A stretch of 64,000 nt of DNA from Marsupella aquatica (Eukaryota > Plantae > Marchantiophyta): NCBI GenBank assembly GCA_973895155.1, contig OZ316892.1:30807802-30871801 (forward strand). Direction: 5' to 3'. Below, in pieces: positions 1 to 12,386 of the stretch. Positions within the stretch are counted from its first letter, which is position 1. Every line of letters starts with the position of its first letter. The translations under genes and the position numbers were made by a program. The notes below the pieces were generated by a model that did not search any database, was not told the DNA's origin, and saw only the letters and a list, made by a program, of their open reading frames with translations.

Positions 1-522
1 GTCTTTTGCAGCTCCCACAATCGAGCGAGCTCCTGCCATTCTCGAGCTGCCCTTTCTGATTCCTCGTCCTCGTAAGTCTTGATGTACTCAGTTGCCCGTT
101 CGAACAGGCATCCCCAGAAATGTGCCGCTTGATTGACGTTGCTCATACCCTCCTTAGGTCGATCGTCGGTATCTACTCTCTCCCCGAGTGCTTGTCTAAG
201 CAGCTGACAGTAGTTGGCCTTCCGTAGTCGTCTACCTAGTTCGTGCTCGCAAATGAGCCACCATCTCCTGCAAGCGCTCCTTACCCCTCTCCTCTTCAGG
301 TCCTTCCTCCCGTTGATCCTTCCTAGCCGCCGACGCTTAACACGCCCTAACCCTAATCGAGTTTTCACCCCCAACGTCCTTACCTCCGGCCTCGGCCCGG
401 GTTCCATGGTCGCCCCTAATTGTTTATATTTTCCTTGTTTTGTCCCTATACTAAGGTGTTTCTAGGATGCCTTCCTGCTTTACTCACTTAACTGGCCGAG
501 TGATTCATGTCTAGGCATCACA
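1..522 (-). mobile_element. Giant LTR family A, 5' part of a minus-strand copy (continues off the left edge), nested in another family A copy
   Basis: Reverse complement of the family A start: ...ctaggcatcaca ends at 522, matching tgtgatgcctag at 22343 and 41174. The minus strand carries the N-terminal part of the LTR ORF. Confidence 0.85.
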
Positions 523-3500
523 CCGAGTTCTTGTGGACGCCTACTTCCAATCAGCTCGACGATCTTCTATTTTGTGAAGACAGAATCATCGGCATTCGAG
601 AGGCCATCAAGAACTGCAACGACATACACTGGGAATTGAAGGGTAGCACGGAAAGGTGGACCCAGGCAACGGTGCTAGGAGAAACCTCCACGGCAGCCGA
701 GATGAAGAGGAAGGGAGCCGTCAACGATGAAGCCACCCCGGCAAAAAGAACGAGGTCGGCGGCACCAAAGAAACCAGCCGAACAGCAGAGCAGGAGGCAG
801 AGCGAAGCCGAGGAGGAGGAGGTCGACCCCATCAACGCCATTCCAACCAGGGATGACACCTGGAAGGGCTGGGCGGCAACTCTACCAGTGGAGGTGCAAC
901 TACATTTTGCACGGGAGGAGGATGCATGCTTTACGGCCATGCAGACCAAGAAGTACCAAGGCTTCATGGCCGGATCCGGCTTGGAAGCCTTTGTAAGATT
1001 ACCATGGTTGAAGCCGGAGGTGCCGGATTCAGACCTATTAGAATTTGTGGGGTCATGGGAACCCAAGACCAATTGCACGAGGATATATGGGAAGGATTTC
1101 TATCTTACTCCCAAGGTAATTGCCGAAGTGTTTGGCTTGCCGATAGGCAATAAGACCAAGGTTGATACCAGGAAGACCTTGCCTGACAAAGAGTTCCGGT
1201 CGTTCCCCGGACCATCAATGAAGAATGGCTTCTTCCGGAACACCTGTACCAACCCGCACATAGGAGAGATGATCGACTTCTTGCGGGTAACCATGCATTG
1301 TAACTTGCCAAGGGCAGAGATTGGCAAGGCACAGGTCTATCTGGCAGAGAGACCAGACCCAAGCCGGGACTACAACGGGTACCTCCTCAACCAATTGAAG
1401 AAGATCTTAAAGGAGGAGCAGCAGGTAATCGGCATGGGGAGCGTGTCGCGGCTTGGCTATCACATGCCGCTGTTGTGCCGGTATGCCAGAGGTCAGACCT
1501 TTGCCCTGGTACTTCCCCTACAGGCAAGGGCACCAGTTCCGGAACAGAGGCAGGCAACGGAGAAACCCAAACCGCCCGACAGTCCTACAATCGACCAGGT
1601 GTTTAGACCAAGAACGGAGGACTTGCCGATGCAGCAACCAGGCATGCAGAATCTGCTGAAACTGCTGGCGAAAGAAAAGAGATCGGCATCGGCAAGGACA
1701 ACGGCAGCGGCAACAATGCACGACACTGTTCTAGAGGTAGGCCTAAACCGGCTTACAAGGGAGAACCCCTTTACTGGAGTCAAGGAGAGAAGGAGGCCGG
1801 AACACAAGCCGGGAGTCCGGATGTATGTAGGAGCCTCTAGTCTCGAAGCCGAGGAGAAGCAGGCCGTAACTCCCGGCCACGGCAAGGAGAACAGGAGATC
1901 AACACGGAGACCGGAGGAGGAACCAAGACCGGCAGGAGGTGAAGCCGTGTTCATGCCAAAACCAGGAGACGAGCGGGAGAAGCTGGTAGTCCAAGTCGAG
2001 GAGGAGGCGGTGGAGGACTACAGCAATGATAACTCCGGCTATGGGTCGGATCATCATGTTCCAGGAGTAAGGACCTGTGGTCGCTTCATCCCACGCTCCC
2101 AAGAGTAGTCCGAGGGGACCCGAGCCAGCAGAGCAGCCCCAAGTCTCCCCCGCCAGATGTCGCTCCCCCAAGCTTTGACGGCATAAAACAGACGGTGCAA
2201 GAATTTCAGGAGCGAATCAGGGAGGAAGAGGAGGCAGCCCTGGCTAGAGAGAAGGATTTACCAGGAGGGGAATGGCCAGAGAACATCAGGCGGCTAGCCG
2301 AAAAAGGAAGCAAACCTCTAGCCACGATTGAAGAGATCCGCAAGACGGCTTGGGAGCAGAGGCCGCGATGGGGGATGCCGATCACTTCTACCTACTCCAC
2401 CTACGCTAAGAATAGAGCAATGGAGTATGGTGAGATGTGTGGGGAACTTGCGCTCGGCATCTTTGGGGAGGAGTTGGAGGTAGGACCCTTTTTCCATAGG
2501 GAGCAGTTGGAGAAGCACCAATTAGATGAAGCAGTGACTTTAGAGAGAAGCAAGAAGGACGAGGTCATCCGGCGGCTTAGGAGCATGGAAGCCGAGATTG
2601 AAGAACTAAGGGCGGCCAAGAAAGCCCAAGATGAACTGCGGATTAAGCGACATGAGCTGAACATCATGCAGGGGCAGTTGGACACAGCGCAGGCTGATGG
2701 TCAGATTATCAAGGATAAACTGACTCAGACCCAGGGAGAATTGGCCGACGCAATCAAGGACAGGGAGAAATGGAAGGAGTTGAGAGATGCAGAGGAGGCC
2801 CATATAGCAGTCAACAACCGGGTCATGGCGGAGACCCAAAGAAAGGAATGGGCGTTGAAGGGGGAGCTCGAGAAAATCCGCGGAGCCCTAGAGCAGAAGG
2901 AGGCCGAGTTAGGGAAATCCTATCAAGGGATTATCGCGCTACAGCAGGAGCTTGCGTCCCTGACGGCCAGCTTCAAGGCCGACCTAAGGGAGAAGGATGA
3001 TATGCTCGATCAGACTTATGCCAAGATGAATAAAATGGAGTGTGAGATCGTGACGGAGCTCGACAAGGAGCTTAGAGCAACCCAGGAGGAGAGGGCTACC
3101 TTGAAGAAGGAATTGGAGGAAGCCCACAGGGAGCAGGAGGAGGCCAAAAACGAGCTGGAGGGGGCACGTAAGGACCTGGATGAGACCCAGGAGGAGTTGG
3201 AGGAAATCACGAGGAAGATGGAGAACCTACAGCGGCGGGCCGACAACCAAACAGAGCGGCTGAAGAAACAAGCCGCAGTATTTAAATGCTTAGCTGCAGC
3301 AGGTCCATCTCCCGTTGGGGCGAACCAGTTACCAGGGGTGGTAATTGCCGAAGGACAAGCCACGCCACCTGCACCAGTGCCGGAAGTAAGTGGGAAGGGG
3401 AAGGGACCAGCTGCCGAGCCAGAAATGAAGAAGAAGCGGAAACCTTTAGGGTCAAGGAGTAATACGACTCCACAGGCCGAGGTGACCGAGGAGGTAGACC

Positions 3501-3763
3501 CGGCAACAACCCCAGACAGGATCACGGCAGAGGATCCAACTACCCTAGGGGAAGGGGAGGCCGAAGCCGTGGGTGAGGATGAGGCCGAAGCTGGGGGTGA
3601 TGCCGAGGCCGGTGTTGGGGCCGAAGCCGAAGATGGACCCAGTCAGGCCGATGGAGAGTTGACTCAGTCAAGGGCAGGTAATCTGTCAGTAGACGGGCCA
3701 ACGGCAGTGGCTGAGGAGGAAGCGTTGGGGGCGTCCACTGAGGGACAGACACCGCTGCCATGA
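523..3763 (+). pseudogene. LTR-internal ORF of family A (plant-transposon/Athila ORF1-like domain, long coiled coil, acidic tail), frameshifted near 2090
   Basis: ORFs 507..2108 and 2195..3763 join into the reading frame that is continuous in other copies (RFIPTLPRVVRGDP). Confidence 0.8.
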
Positions 3764-4678
3764 CGGTGGTGGAGGGCCGCTCCTTTCAAGGAGGGCGGAC
3801 GTGGAGGGAGGAGGCGTGAGTGGGCAGGCGGGCTCAGATCTCTAAGTTTAGGATTAGGATCAGGACCAGGAAGCGGCCCTGACACTTAGCTTAGTGGGAT
3901 TGCGGTTCCACTGTAAGAGCAACACTTGTACTCCTGCCTCGCTGTACATAGGTAGATCCGGGCAGGTAGATTACTGTTAGGTAGATTAGGCTTACGCTGC
4001 AAAGAATTAGGCGGATCCACTACCAGGATAAGTACCTGGGCTGCGGGGAGCTCAGGGCCTCTTCTTTAGCAAGTTTTTAGTTTGGACCAGCCGGGCTGGG
4101 ATCAAGTAGTAAGAGAAGCTCTCGGTTAGTCATACTGTGACCTTGTGTATATTCATGTTTCCTCATGCCTAAGAGCTGAATAGAGTTGGCCTCACGGCTT
4201 AGTTCGCAGAGCTTGTGTATGAGATGTACTGTTTGTATGGCAAGTGCATGGCATGACTCAGTCAGAAGGAGTCATTTTGCTATTTGTGTGTCGCATTAAC
4301 TTGTGTGAAGAGTGCCCACATCAACCAGAAGGAAGGAAAGTAAGCGAGGGAGTGAGTGTTGGATGTGTCGAGCTGAGAGAGGTCTTAGCGGCTTAACCAA
4401 GCCTATTGGGGATCATTCCGGCGGTGGAATCCAAACATACCTAACCAGAAGGAGAGGAAGATAAGGGAAGGCCTAGAGTAGGCCGGCGACATATCTCATG
4501 ACCCGATGAAGGATCTGTCCAGTATATGTGTGTAAAATGTTAATAGTAGTAGTAGAAGGAAGTTAGCAGTGTCCCATGCCGCTAAGCCGCGAAAACGGCC
4601 TCGCCAAGCGCGAAACCTGCGGGAATCGGCTTGTGCTGGGGGGCTTCTTGGGTTTAGGGAGCCATGGGACGCACCACA
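523..4678 (+). mobile_element. Giant LTR family A copy; its 5' part is displaced by the nested copy
   Basis: Resumes mid-unit at ccgagttcttgtgg and ends with the family terminus gccatgggacgcaccaca at 4678. No PBS follows. Confidence 0.85.
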
Positions 4679-5634
4679 GCCTGGATTGCATTGTCCAAAC
4701 CTCCCTGGAGTCCCTGCACATTTACGGGGTCCATTAGGTAAGTATGAAGCATAAATTTTGCTGCCAAATATACACTAGACTTCAGAGAAATTCTGCAATG
4801 ACCAAGTTATCTCTCCCTTGGCACATAGATGGTTCTGGACCACCCGTCCAATTGCTTTGTCTTGATGAATTAGGGCCATTTCTCCCGCTTGTGAATGATT
4901 GCCTCCTATCTGAACGTGGATGGCCTTTGTTGTTTTCGTGATTGTCCCAATCAGAGTTTGCATTCACCAACAGGCACATGCCACACTCATGGACCGGTTA
5001 GATAATTATACTTTTTGCCCTAGACATCAAATAACTCCATATTGAGCTACAATTCTTACTACCATCACAAAATCACTAGCACAAGGCACTTACTTGTCCA
5101 ATCATCCTCCTCATCTTTCCATTGCCCTCTGTACCCATCTCTACCACGCTCTGGGCGCTCATATTCACCCCATCCATCTTTTGCTCCATCGTAGTCATCA
5201 TAATAATCATCAGGCGTCTCTTGCCAATAACTCTGGCTCCTTCTAGGGTATGGATTACGTGATTTCTCTCTGGATGCCGACCTACCTGGCACTTGATCAG
5301 GGCCCTGTGCATCCTGCACAGGTGCATTTTTCTGTGAGCCCCCTGCATCTGGATGTCCATCCATATCCAATCTTTCCTCTTCACCCCACTCTCCAAGCCC
5401 CATGTCTGTCTCCATGTCTTCACCCTCTTCCCCCATAGCTTCTGCACAACATCCACAACCAAACCCAGGCTAAATGAGCACACTAAATTCAAAGTATCAA
5501 TCAATTTCATGCATATGGACATGCCCAAAACATCATTCCGGGAAGCAATTCCCATTTTGTGACTCTGTGCATGTAGTCAGCCTCAACCTCATCAAAGTGA
5601 ATTGCCAGCCGCTGCCTATTGCACATCATCAACC

Positions 5635-8429
5635 TCATATATCATATTGCATCTCCCCAGGTTCATATGTCTCTCTCAATGTTAAGGGGATGTAGTCAGT
5701 CCCTGCCCGAGTTGAAAGTACAGTCTCGTGACTAGGATGCTCGAATGCAGCATGGTCATCCAAACTGAACTCTACTTTACTTCCATCCATCCGCCTGTTC
5801 CGTGCTTGGCTATGGCATACCACCCTCCAGCCATGTGACTCCTCCACATCTGCAAAGAAAGACTGTTCAACTTGGCTTAGAGGGAAAACAAAAGGCTCAG
5901 ACCATTCTGGTACTCTGGACCTAAAATTGGCCAAAAAGAACCCATCATGATCACGCTTCATGGTGGCCCTTGGTCTCTGCCACTCTGATTTCACCCATGA
6001 TCCCTTCATTAGTATCACAGGGACACTTGTGTTACCATAATTCAACACCCAAATGTCTGTCAACTCCCCCACGTAACCCATCTTCATCCACCCCCTCTGT
6101 TCTTCTGAGGTTCTTTGCTCAAACACAGATATCAAACCACAATCATATGATACACAATGGTCACCCTGCTCATCCCTCACTCAAAAATGATTTCCATAAG
6201 CTCTCATCTGTTTGTAGGTCAGAATAGACACTCGCAGTGGCACAAATAGAAGATACAAATCCTTCTCCATATTTGGGTGATGTCTACTATGCTCTTGAAT
6301 TGCCACCTGAATCCACTGCTCGAATGCTGGGAATGGGCAGTACCCCAATGCCATGGAAGCCTCTAACCTGTAATATGTTCTCACATGACCTTTCAACAAC
6401 TTCATGTATCGCTCCATAGGGTAATCCATCTGGTACTAACTGGCCCATACTGCCCTAGCTCTTCTACCACATGGATGAGGAGATGAGTCATAACATCAAA
6501 GAAAGTAGGGGGGAAGTATATCTCCAAGTCACAGAGGACATAAGCAGCATCCTGCTTCAACTGCTCCAATCCTTGGGGATCCCACACTTTCCCACATGTA
6601 CGGCAAAATACATTGCACAGTCGAAGAATGACATTACGGACTGGTTTTTGCATGAGACCTCTGAGGCATAGGGGCAAAATGTGTTGCATCAGCACATGGT
6701 AATCATGTGTTTTCATACAGCCAAGTTTATTCTTTGTACTATGCTTCTTGAAGGCACCAGCATAGCCAGAGGGCACTTTCAAACAACTCAATCTATACAA
6801 GAATGTCTTCCATTTTTCCTGTGTGCACACATAGGGAGCTTGGAACTTGAGAAGTACATTGGGATTGCTTGCATGGGGCTTCAACCAGAGGTGAGGGCGT
6901 ATCCCCTTCTATTGCATATCAGCTCAAACTGCTCCTGTATCTTTCTCACCCGACAAGAACTTCAGCAAGCTCTCGCAAATATTTTTCTCAATGTGCATGA
7001 CGTCCACATTGTGTTTGCTGGGCTCAAATTCCTGCACTCCACAAAACAAAGAATTCAACAACAGAAACACTAATTAACCAAATAGGAGGTTTGTAACCAT
7101 CATCAATCCACCATTGCTCCAATCTAACATTGCAATCATGCAGGGGCTGGAGGTGGAGTACATTACCCTCCAATACTCCAACTCCAAGTCCATCAAGGTC
7201 TGTCTTTTCGCACCACGTTTCACCACTGGATCCTCAGGTTCTCGATTAGTGGCACTTCTCTTGTCCCAATCAGCCTTTTTGGCTGCCCACCTCAGGACTT
7301 GCTCTGTAGTGACCCTCTATGGTGGGCCACAAAGCTCTGTTTTGTTGTTGAAGTGTGCAATTTGAGACCGTGTGTGCCTGTAAGGATGATCAGCAGGCAG
7401 ATACCTTCTATGCCCCTGAAATTTCATACTATGCAAGGCATGCGACCACTCACTTGTCACATTTTTCCCACATGGTGTGCACCCCACATAGCCCTTTGTC
7501 ACTCGTCCAGATATGATGCCATGGCCTGGGTAATCTGCTATATCCAGCAAACAAATTGCATGCAGTCTAAAGGGGTTGGGTCGAAGAAGCCCCTTCAGAA
7601 CATCATGGGCATGCGTGAATAGACACATAGTTCAGCCCAAGGTTAGACATCAATTTCCTAGCCTCGTACATATTTTTTGGAATTGAATTACCATCTGGTA
7701 ACACATTTTGGCGCAGGAAGGTCAACAACTCTATCACAAATATATATTGGGAACATTGTGATCTATGTTCAACAACAACACGACAAAACCCAGCTTGGAC
7801 CAGTTTGACCCCTCATAGATAGGAATGCAAGCTTCTTTGATGTGTTTTGGGCCCCCAAACACCCACTCCCTCTCTGGTGCACCTTCCCCAATGTCAAAGT
7901 CAGGTTCAGTTGCACCGTCTCCAATGTGTGGTTGCGACCCATTGTCCTCTTCTGATTCCACTGTGTCGTAAAAAGCATCAAGGTCTTCAAAAATCTCTTG
8001 AACCATTCTTGGGACATCCATCCCACCATCCTCAGTGACTGCCTCTGCATCTCCATCTTGGTCATCCACGTTCTCATGTTGTACCCCAGCACCATCCTCT
8101 GCACCGTCTATGTCCTGCTCTATGTAGTCTCTATGCCTAGCTATATTAGAATCCACAAAGTCAGCTCTCCACTCTTCATCAGAGGAGTCTTCTTCTGCTG
8201 GTACATTCCAAACCCTCTATCGAGGGTGCCTTTCATGCCGTAGCAGGTGAAGGTGCACAGTGTTCAAACTCAACGACTTGAATCCTTGGCACTGTGTGCA
8301 TGGGCATCTCATCCTCCTACTCCTACCTTGGGCGGCCCGGGCTTGTTCACGCATCCACAATTTAGAATCATGATGCCTAATCCTAAATGGGTTGTGAAGA
8401 GGCAACCTTGGAGCCATCACTAGACACAC
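5635..8429 (-). pseudogene. CACTA TnpD/Tnp2-like transposase (transposase-associated, Transposase_21, DUF4218-like and DUF4216-like parts), fragmented
   Basis: Motifs in canonical order: MRCPCTQC; DYPGHGIISG..KGYVGCTPC..HRRYLPADHPYR; VPSGYAG..MKTHDYHVLMQHILP..FPPTFFDVMTHLLIH..GPV..YPMERYMKLLK; YVGELTDIWVLNYG..EPFVFPLSQVEQSFF. Confidence 0.9.
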
Positions 8430-8770
8430 GCACTCAGCGCCCTGTCATTTTATTATGCAAGTGAAAAATACACTCCCTGTTAAGGATTTCACCCCCGACT
8501 GTACTTGCCAAAAGACGTAGCATAACGTTCCAAACAAACAAAAACACAAAAAATCCAGGTGCCTGAGTCATGTACTACCTATTCTCAAGTGAATGAGACA
8601 AAATTCCTAAATGTTTGAGGGTGTCCGCTTTCCTCACATGTACTACCTCTGCACGTACATCCATGACCATATCAGAGTCCAATCATGTACAGTCATAGAC
8701 ATAGGTGCCAGGTGCGAGACCGGTGTGAGATGTCCTCATCTTACTACCACATCAAATACGAATACCAATC

Positions 8771-9034
8771 CTATTGTCGATGCCACTCAGCCCTGAGGTA
8801 CTCAGGCATGTACATTAAGTCATCAAGGTCTAAACCCCGCTTATGCCATGGTGGTCTTCGATTTGTGCCTACAAGCAGTGGCAGCAGTGCCCTCCACGGT
8901 GCACATGTTGCTACCAAGTCCCTCCACTGGGTACTAATTAGTCTATATTTGCAGATATCTTGTGCACTAGACACCACAAGAACCCTCGGCCAGACATGTG
9001 TAAGAACTATATCATCTGCCAAATCAGGCAACAA
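8771..9034 (-). pseudogene. F-box-like domain fragment
   Basis: LPDLADDIVLTHVWPRV...YRLISTQWRDLV fits the F-box pattern (LP.di...I...l..vsk.Wr.l). Confidence 0.55.
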
Positions 9035-9453
9035 GGAACCACCTACAGCATCGTACTTGTCTAACTCATCTGCTGAAAAGTAAATGTCCTCTTCGGACTA
9101 TGCATCCTCATTCACCACAGCATTCACAACACATCCAAGGTTTGTAGGCATTATCTCGGTTGGAGCTACACTCTGTCTGGTTACCAATCCACACATGTAA
9201 GCCCAAGCAGTAGCCATGCACAATGCAACCCGTAGGAGGACCCTACATAGGGCTTGTCGGTCTGGAAGGGCCAACATACCCACCAAAGTCTTCAGCCAAA
9301 CAGAGCCCAGCAAGTAGATTCACAGTCACACCCCACGCAGCAGGAAACAACAATCACTTCAACTGCGACCAACCATGACAAGATGAGTTAGTTCAAGGAT
9401 CACATTTATTACAAAATTGTGATTTATACAAAAATATGAGGGACTCCTACTCC

Positions 9454-10390
9454 TCACTCTCTCCCACCATTGCTAAGCATACATCTCCACTGAAGCTTGG
9501 AGGGCCAGGCCTCAAAAATATCAAAGTCCCAAGCATTCTGTCGCTTCCCTGTCGCTGCTGATTCCATAAGCCAATCAGGGGAAAGCACCCAAAGATTGTT
9601 GTTCATGACAAAATCACCCACTATTGTCTTAAAGAATTTTCTGCATATTTTCATGTATGATAGACCTACAACATGAGTGGAGGTTTCTGTTAGACTCTCC
9701 TCCACTATCCCACCTAGCTCAACAACTATGGACTTGTACAGTCTGCATTTAGTCTCCCCAATTCCCTCTTCTGCAAACACACCAAACCCCTTCATAATGG
9801 TTTTTCTCTCCTTGCCATGCTCATTCATTCAATATAGCATCTGCAGTCATAGGATGGTGTCCTATGTTGACAACAGGTCCATATTGGACAGAAGCAAAGT
9901 TGGGTTTCTCTGCCCCTGCTTCATAGGCTTCCTTTTTAGCCAAAGCCTCTGCAGTGGCCTCCTCACTCTCCCACAACTCATATTGCTCAGTACTCTGTAC
10001 ACACCTATGTTTAACAGAATTGGTCAGCCAAGAGACTTCAACTACTTTTAGACCTTGGTTGGTAATGGCAGAATCAATGAAGGACCATGACCACTTGTTC
10101 ATCACATCCAGCCATGTCCCCAAAACAACATGTGTAGTCTGTGGAGTGATGTCCTTGACTTCAGTCCCATGGAATTCTGAGAATCATTTTTGTACGATTG
10201 GCCAACTCACTTGGGTGAACCCATAGTGGTTTGGAATCAAAATGGCTTTGATTCCAGCCAACAGAGGCGGGTGGTCAACCTTTGTACATTTCCTAGAGGC
10301 CATGTACACACACCCCACCTAATCACTGCAGACTGGAAGATAATGTGTTCACCTGATAATTGGAGGGCCCCTAAAATGCTGCATTTATAA
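9454..10390 (-). pseudogene. BRCT-domain-containing fragment(s)
   Basis: IVVELGGIVEESLTETSTHVV...WVLSPDWLMES is a typical BRCT signature. A second TTHVV...W-like stretch lies upstream near 10130. Confidence 0.6.
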
Positions 10391-10901
10391 CTTGGTCCAG
10401 TCCAGTTGTCTCGTGAGTCTCTGCTCCGATTCCAAATGGGAAAAATATTGGGACAAACGTACTAGACACCTGCAAGGATGCACCTCATAGTTTGAATATG
10501 TGCCTTCACAATATTGAAGGTGACAAGTGCAATTGTTTTGTGATGCCACATACAGATGTTGTAAATGGGCAGACATTCAATGAGAATACAAAATGTTGGT
10601 ACACTTTAAGGGAATTCTCGCAAATTAAATAGCCTTGTAACTTATATGCTCATAATCAGAAGTCCTGATTTAATTTAAGCAGTGTCCTATAATTCATGAT
10701 CAAAATGATTGAAGAGTTAAAAAAGTTCCCAGAAGGCTTAAGGGGAGTTTTTGAAGGCATGTACCTAGGAACAAGTAATGAACTTAGGGTACTTGTTGCC
10801 TAAGCATCCTCTCCTACAGAGGTCCTTCTTCTCAAAATTGGAATGTTTGCAATCTCCAAGGTATCCACATCAGGTGCACTATGCAAGTACATTATTCAGG
10901 T

Positions 10902-11581
10902 TCAAAGCCAAGAAATGTGATCTCTCATAGGAGTGTGCAAAGTAGGATCTATGGCATGGCGATGACAATAGAAGATCCATCGATCAACACCATGTGCAGA
11001 GTGATGATAGATGTGTCTGTCACAAGCATAGCCTTGTGCTTGACGCTCCTTCAAACAATGAAAGTGCCGCATGGTGGGACACCTAACATAGTGGACTATG
11101 TCCACCTAGAAATCTTCATCGTGCTGACCACATGCCTTGCACTTATGAAGTGGGCAAGTTGTGGCAAGATCGGGCAAACATGAAAAACAAAAGAACCTCA
11201 CACAATATTTGTCAGGGCATTTCCTAACAAGTGGTGGAGCATCAATAGAGCCCTCACAAGACCCAACATCCCACACTGTGTACACTTAGCCTACTTCTCC
11301 AAACAATCAGTGCACATCCAGCCTCCCTGGTGTGCTGACGGGAGGCCCACCCCTGGACAGTTGTTTTCTGCAGCAAGGTCAGACTCCAGGTTGAGGTGGA
11401 AATGCCTCATGCAAGGGCCCTCACATATGGCTAAGCCCCCACCATCTTCACAAATGGCACAACAATGAGCTGCCTTTTGGAAAATCTGACGTGCAAAGAA
11501 GTTACTACCATCTAGCCCAACTACACTTGTGTTGCTCACCTCTGTCCCCCGCTTCTTGGCTCGGATTTTAGGGCGTGCCAT
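10902..11581 (-). pseudogene. PHD-finger cluster resembling EDM2/NSD-type PHDs, split by probable introns
   Basis: CAICEDGGGLAICEGPCMRHFH..C..WMCTDC, and RCPTMRHFHC...IFYCHRHAIDPTLHTPMRDHI. Confidence 0.7.
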
Positions 11582-12319
11582 GCCTACGCATGAGACAGAT
11601 AGTAAAATTTAGCAGAGTGCACAGACAATACAATTTAGCAGTGTACAAAAAGTATAGTGTAGCATATAGACTAGAGTGGCAATTGCTACTGCAATGAAAT
11701 GATCACACACAGATGCAAAGTAGACATACTTTTTGGTTTGTTGAGCCCACACTGAAAAGTTGGAGGCAATATCACAGCGGAGCATTCTGCTCAATTCATC
11801 CATGGCACGACTGCTGCATCCCTCAATGGTTTGGAATGCCTTCAAGGTCAAGGACTAGAATGAGGATGCAATTGGTGGCAAGGGAGAGGAAGCAAGTCGA
11901 CTGCAAAGCTCAAGCCGTAGAGACACCGTCATAGCAAGAGCTTCAGACCGTGCCATTAGGACAGACTTTGCACTCACAGCTTCGTCCCCCCATTCTAATT
12001 TCTCCAACGAGTTTGCCTTAAAGCACATCCACTCGCAATTTAAGCAGATTCAGAATCATCATAGACAATAGAGTGTTCCACCATAGCGGAGCATTTTGCG
12101 TCTAAGGGCCAGCGCCGCCGTTTGAGAGATACATGCGGGAGAGAGTGAAGATGGTGGCAAGCGGAAGATGGGCTGGGATTGGACAATGGGCCAGTTAGAG
12201 GAGGATTAAGAAGCGCGCACCCCACGTTCTTGGGTGGTGGTTGGGTGGGGTTTTGTTTGATAGAAGAAGAAATCACCATTCTCTTTTGGAAGAAAGAAAA
12301 TTGCAGGAAACATTGGACG

Positions 12320-12386
12320 GGAGAACAAGGCATGTAATAGAGAACAACAAGGCATGTAATAGAGAACAACAAGGCATGTAATAGAG
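12320..12386. repeat. About 3 tandem copies of a 22-bp unit (agagaacaacaaggcatgtaat)
   Basis: Directly visible; probably CACTA subterminal repeats. Confidence 0.8.

Noticed and set aside
551-1954. Recurrent antisense ORFs over family A copies (also 13433..14035 and 43893..44471)
   Set aside because: Ser/Leu/Phe-rich shadows of the purine-rich sense ORF; they recur only because the repeat does.
2195-3763. SMC/myosin/tropomyosin-like host gene
   Set aside because: Only a generic coiled coil with no ATPase or motor motifs, and it lies inside a TSD-flanked repeat.
4240-4450. Possible hammerhead ribozyme (retrozyme-like) in the family A LTR 3' region
   Set aside because: Hairpins exist, but I found no correctly placed CUGAnGA plus GAAA core on either strand (ctgagaga and ctgactga do not fit).
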